Positions 1 through 64,000 of a DNA stretch of 64,000 bases are shown piece by piece. Location of the stretch: assembly GCF_963921235.1 (NCBI RefSeq), contig NC_086097.1:162070001-162134000 (forward strand). Direction: 5' to 3'. Position 1 is the first letter of the stretch. Each line of letters starts with the position of its first letter. The notes below the pieces were generated by a model. It was not told the DNA's origin, did not search any database, and saw nothing but the letters and a program-made list of their open reading frames with translations. The position numbers were made by a program, and so were the translations under genes. The DNA comes from Mobula hypostoma (Eukaryota).

Positions 1-692
1 AAGGGCAGGTGTAGCACTTGTTCCACTTACAAGGATAAGTGCCTGGAGGGAGATCGGTGGGAAGGGATGAGGGGGGGAACGAATGGACAAGGGAGTCGCG
101 TAGGAAGTGATCCCTGCGGAAAGCAGAAAGAAGGCGGAGGGAAAGATGTATTTGGTGGTGGAATCCTGTTTTTTAAAGAAAGAGGCTTCCCTTCCTCCAC
201 CATCAACTCTGCTCTCAAACGCATCTCTCCTATTTCACGCACATCTGCTCTCACACCATCCTCCCGCCACCCCAGTGGGGATAGGGTTTCCCTTGTCCTC
301 ACCTACCAGCCCACCAGCCTCTGGGTCCAACATATAATTCTCCGTTACTTCCGCCACCTCCAACGGGATCCCACCACCAAGCACATCTTTCCCTTCCCCC
401 GCTTTCTCCTTAGGCCTCCTGATCCATGATCCTCTCATATCCTTTTTGCCAGTCAACTTTTCAGCTCTTAGCTTCATCCCTCCCCCTCCTGTCTTCTCCT
501 ACCATTTCAGATCTCCCCCTCCCACTTTCAAATCTCTTACTATCTCTTCTTTCAGTTAGTCCTGATGAAGGGTCTCGGCCCAAAACGTCGACTGTACTTC
601 TTCCTATAGATGCTGCCTGGCCTGCCGTGTTCCACCAGCATTTTGTGTATGTTACTTGAATTTCCAGCATCTGCAGGTTTTCTCGTGTTTGC
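1..692. mobile_element. Penelope-like element fragment with inverted structure (about 1-168 minus, about 170-692 plus including the terminal repeat)
   Basis: ORF 67-429 contains FFKERGFPSSTINSALKRIS...RVSLVLTYQP...HLQRDPTTKHIF, shared with the GIY-YIG-bearing copies elsewhere in the window. The first ~168 nt are the reverse complement of the same family. The 3' part carries the common end ...gatgctgcctggcctg...ccagcatctgcag. Confidence 0.8.
558..593 (+). ncRNA. Minimal hammerhead ribozyme motif, degenerate (GAAA changed to AAAA)
   Basis: AGTC-CTGATGA-A-GGG-TCTCGG-CCC-AAAA-C-GTC-GACT. Stem I (AGTC/GACT) and the CUGANGA core are intact, but the catalytic G12 is A. Confidence 0.7.
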
Positions 693-2061
693 ATAAGACA
701 ATGAATGAAAGGCAGTGGAAAAATGTGTGCAGTGTCTTCACACTTGCCTTCCTTGGCTGAAAAGCAAAATATTGTGGATACCTCAAGTAAAACACACCAG
801 GTCAGGCAGCGTCTATGGAAAGTGAGGGTTAATATTTCTTGTTAGTAATCCTTCATCAGTTATGTATTTCCAACATTTTCTGTTTTAGAATTCTTACTTG
901 ATTCATTCCCTTTACTTCCTCTTTCCTTGCTGTTTTGTCGTATTCCATATCCTGAACCCAAAGTCATTTTAAAACTATTTTCTCTATTTTCCAGGCTGTT
1001 GAAATGCACCTCCATCAGTTAGTTCCTGCCTATGCTGTATGATCTCTGACTCACCATGCAATTCCTCTTTAGAACCCTGTGTCAGTACAGTCACATCTTT
1101 TAAAATGCTTGCCTTAAACCACGTTGTCTTTGCTTTCTGATTCTTCTTTCAAAAACTCCCACAGAATGTATCTCTGCAGTCTTTGGCTATTACTCCCAAG
1201 AATTTTTTTACTTTGAATTTGATATTCTTTTACTGAAATACTCTGGGACATCCTGTTACATTGAAAGGTTGTTGAATCACATCAAGTGACAGATACTCTT
1301 AGATTTGAGAGTATAAAATATACATACTTAGATGTATTTATATCAACTTTGAGATGTTGCAGAAGGTTTTTAAAGTGTTATGAAGACTTCCAAGCAACCT
1401 ATTTTTTAAAAGTTATGCTTTATTTTACTGCCATTTGTTCCAAGTGAAATACTTTCTTTTCCATAGTTAAAAGGCAGAGAGCCAGAAATTTTAATATGTA
1501 GGAAGTCAACAGAAATGAATTCAGGCCAAAGACCACCTTTGTTTTCCCTTGTGCTCTGTTGCTCAATAATAACCTTAGCCATATAGAGCCTTGACATTTT
1601 TATGTAAATCACAGGGGGAGTGGAGGAAAGGATTTTGTAATTTTTGAGGTTGTTTTGGTATACAGAGCTTATATGTTAAGCTTCTACCATTTAAACTTCA
1701 GTGTGTTTCAGACTTGGGTCAGTATTTTTTTAACTTTTTAAGCACTTATGCAACTTTTTTCTTATCACATCAGGGATCATCCCCCTACTTGCTGTCCTTC
1801 CCTTTTCTGAGAAGAAGGCTGTACTTGTGATTGGATGATGTCATCTTATTCTCCAGAAATGGGTTGGCATTCTGTCTGCAGTCGTCACTCTCTGTAATAG
1901 AGTTTAAGAGATGTTTTTTCAAAAGCGTGGGCTTCAGCTGTCTAAAAGGAAAAGGGTTGTTCATCTTTTAATCCCTTCCTTATGCTGTGTGTCTAAGTTG
2001 AATTAGAAACAGTTTGTGTTTTGAACAAACCCAACTAAAATGCATGGTTCTTCGCTTGCAG

Positions 2062-61055
<58,994 letters not shown>

Positions 61056-61749
61056 TAAATTAGAGTGATATACTGATATTTCGCATTGCTCTCTTTGGGT
61101 ATATGTTCAAAAAAGCAAAGTTTGCAAGTTGGAAGCTCAATGTACCTTTGGATTGTCTTTAACTTCTTCATCCTCACATGGGATAGGAATGGTAAATATC
61201 TCAGAGGTTCTGATTGCTAGGGCTTGCTCAGCCATCTCTGAGGCCTTCTGTTCCCCTGAAATATATTTTTTAAATTTCTCTGACTTGCATAACACATTAA
61301 GAAATGGAAGCAGGACACCACTTAGTCATATATGCCTGCACAATACAGTGTGATAACAGCTGATCTTTGCACGAAATTCCCTAAAGAAATGTTGCTTTTA
61401 AATAACCATGAGTCATGTCAGGCTAACTGATTTCATTGTTATAACCCCCAGTAAGATGGAAGTTGCAGATATTACCCAATCATGATGGCCAGTCCTCACG
61501 GGTTTCCTATGGAATGCATGCGTTGTTGTTGATTGAAGTTCTGGTCCTCTGACTTTGAGCATTTTTGTCCACTTATAAATTCAAGCAGTCTGGTACAATC
61601 AAGTAGACAGGCCGAAACGTTCTCAGTCTCTTTCTTTTGCTCTCTCCAGTGAGCCCAGGTTTAAATCTTGTTAACTGTATTACATTCAAGTACACTTAAT
61701 GTATGCTTGTTTATTCCTTTAAGAAATATTGGAGTCCACCTGGCAGCCA

Positions 61750-62830
61750 CCTGACAAATCCCCTTCTCTCAATTCGTCCATCTCTGCCACATCTGCTGTC
61801 AGGATGAGGTTTTTCATTCTAGGAGATGTCCTCCTTTTTCAAAGAAAGGGGCTTCTCTTCCTTTACCATCAATGCTTCCCTCAACCACATCCCTTCTATT
61901 TCACACACGTGTGTTCTTACCTCACCCCACCAGCCTCCGCATCCGGCACAATAATTCTCCGAAACTTCTGCCACCTCCAACTGGATCCTACCACCAAACA
62001 CATCTTTTCCTCCCCCCAACTTTCTGCTTTCCACAGGAATCTCTCCCTATGCAACTCTCTTGTCCATTTGTCCCTCTCCACTGGCACTTATCCTTGTAAG
62101 TGGAACAAGTGCTTCATCTGCCCCTACACCTCCTCCCTCACTACCATTCAGGGCCCCAAAGAGGCGAGGCTACACTTCACCTGTGAGTCTGTTGAGGCCA
62201 TATACTGTGTTCAGTGCTCCCAGTGTGGCTTCTTGGATATCAGTGAGATCCAACTTAGATCGGGAGACTGCTTCTCCGAGCATCTACGCTCTGTCCACTA
62301 GAACAAGCAGGATCTCCCAGTGGCCACCCATTTTAATTCCACTTCCCATTCCAATTCCAATGTGTCCATCCATGGCCTCCTTCACTGTCAGGATAAGGCC
62401 ACACTTATGTTGGAGGAACAGCACCTTATATTCCACTTGGGTAGCCTCCAACCTCATAGCATGAACATCAATTTCTCAAGCTTCCAGTAATGCCCCCCAC
62501 TCCCACCACCTCCACCATTTCCCTTCCTGTTGTCCCTCCCTCATGTTAACTCCTTGCCCTGCCATTGCCTCCCCCCGGTGCTCCTCCCACCCTCCCCCCC
62601 TTCTTTCTTCCATGGCCTTCTGTCTCTTTCACCAATCAGCTTCCTAGCTTTTTGCTTCATCCATTCCCCTCCAAGTTTCACCTATCGCCTCTCTCCCCTT
62701 TCAATTCTACTCCTCAGCATCTTTTCTCTAGTCCTGCCGAAGGTTTTCATTCCGAAATTTCGACGGTACTTTTTTTTCCATAGATGCTGCCTGGTCTGCT
62801 GAGTTCCTCCAGCATTTTGTGTGTGTTGCT
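61750..62830 (+). mobile_element. Penelope-like element 3' part (GIY-YIG endonuclease region and terminal repeat)
   Basis: ORF 61729-62301 ends GTYPCKWNKCFICPYTS...HFTCESVEAIYCVQCSQCGFLDISEIQLRSGDCFSEHLRSVH, then LEEQHLIFHLGSLQP. Decayed hammerhead at about 62730-62765. Confidence 0.85.
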
Positions 62831-63394
62831 CAATATAGTTTAATGAACATTTGAGGTTTGCCTCGAAACAGGAATATTTAGATAGATGTTTGCTTGTAAT
62901 TTCAATCACCAATCAGATGAAAGCAAGTTCAAAAGAATATATTATCAATATTTCCATTAAAAATGTGTGTAAGTCTGATCATAACAGACATTTTGGCTGT
63001 AAATGTCATCTGTAATTTGTTTCAGTACCATCGTTCATTTCAGCTCCACTGACTCTTCAGTTTGTTTTTCACTTCATTGTTACAGTGGCCATTCCTTGAT
63101 TAGGTCATATACTGCACTTCCTCCATAACTAGGGTTTTAACAATCAGTGTTAATGCCAGATTAAACAATACTAGCATCCTAAATCATACACATCCACTGC
63201 TATAATTTTACACCTTTTACCACTGTGCTACCTTCCGATGCTAACTCCATATCTCTTGATTCCCTTATGTCTTGAAATATTTAAATTAATGAACTTCCAT
63301 AGCCCTCTTGGGTATTGAATTACAAAGGTCCATCAACTTTTCTGTATGAAGAAATTTCCTCTCTGTCCTGAAATGGGGGACTGCTTTGTTGAGC

Positions 63395-63925
63395 CTGACG
63401 TAAAGTACGGGATTGTTTTGTTGAACACCTCTGCTCCATTTGCCAAAAGCGGAATTTCCTGGTGGCCAACCATTTGAATTCCTATCCCCATTTCAACATT
63501 TTGATCCATGGCTTCCTCGTTTGCCACAATGATGCCACTCTCAGAGTGGAGAAGCAACACCTCATATTTTGTCTAGGTAGCCTCCTACCTCTTCTCCTCG
63601 CCTGCCTATCACCTCCCCTTGATGCCCCTCCTTCCTCCCCATGATCCACTCTCCTGTCCTCTCCTCTCCTATCAGGCTCCATCTTTTTCAGCCCTTTACC
63701 TTTCCCATGCACATGGCTTCACCTTTCACCTTCTAGCTATCCTCCTTCCCCTCCCAGCCACTTTTTTATTCTGGCATCTTCCCCTTTCCTTTCCTGTCCT
63801 GGCAAAGGGTCTTGGCATAACATTGACTGATTATTCATTTCCATGGATGCTGCCTGACCTGAGGTCGTACAGCATTTTGTGTGTATTGCTCTGGATTTCC
63901 AGCATTTGCAGAATCTCTTATGTTT
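63395..63925 (+). mobile_element. Penelope-like 3' fragment
   Basis: ORF 63462-63644 ANHLNSYPH...ATLRVEKQHLIFCLGSL; PLE end gatgctgcctgacctg...ttccagcatttgcag. Confidence 0.75.
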
Positions 63926-64000
63926 ATGATTTGTGATTTAAGTCGCCCATTGATGCATTCAGCAAATGAAGACACACTGATTTTCAGGTCATATCAGATT

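Noticed and set aside
1..2061. FAK box 6 (DEISGD) or box 28 alternative exons
   Set aside because: I found no AG-exon-GT encoding these peptides by eye. They may lie upstream of the window or be absent.

Overview
Vertebrate nuclear DNA, most likely from a cartilaginous fish (ray or shark; inferred from V-SINE/HE1-like SINEs and the CR1/Penelope/L1 repeat mix). The window lies inside the focal adhesion kinase gene PTK2 (FAK) on the + strand. I can read eight coding exons with GT-AG boundaries and matching phases. They run from the Y397 autophosphorylation exon, through the 21-nt 'box 7' microexon (KSYGIDE), to kinase subdomains I-IX. The ORF track calls none of them correctly. The introns are packed with transposable elements: two full-length antisense L1 elements (one a single base from intact), a 5'-truncated L1, many CR1-type LINE pieces, Rex/L2-type 3' fragments, two Tigger/pogo-type elements, a Tc1-type double-hairpin MITE, a solo LTR, V-SINEs and about a dozen Penelope-like (GIY-YIG) fragments. 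The most notable unannotated structures are minimal hammerhead ribozyme motifs in the Penelope-like terminal repeats, young Penelope insertions that form fold-back inverted repeats with 13-14 bp target-site duplications (TSDs), and 3- to 4-level nested insertions in the 23.7-kb intron. I do not see a wholly new gene system. The best candidate for something undescribed is the fold-back Penelope/hammerhead family.
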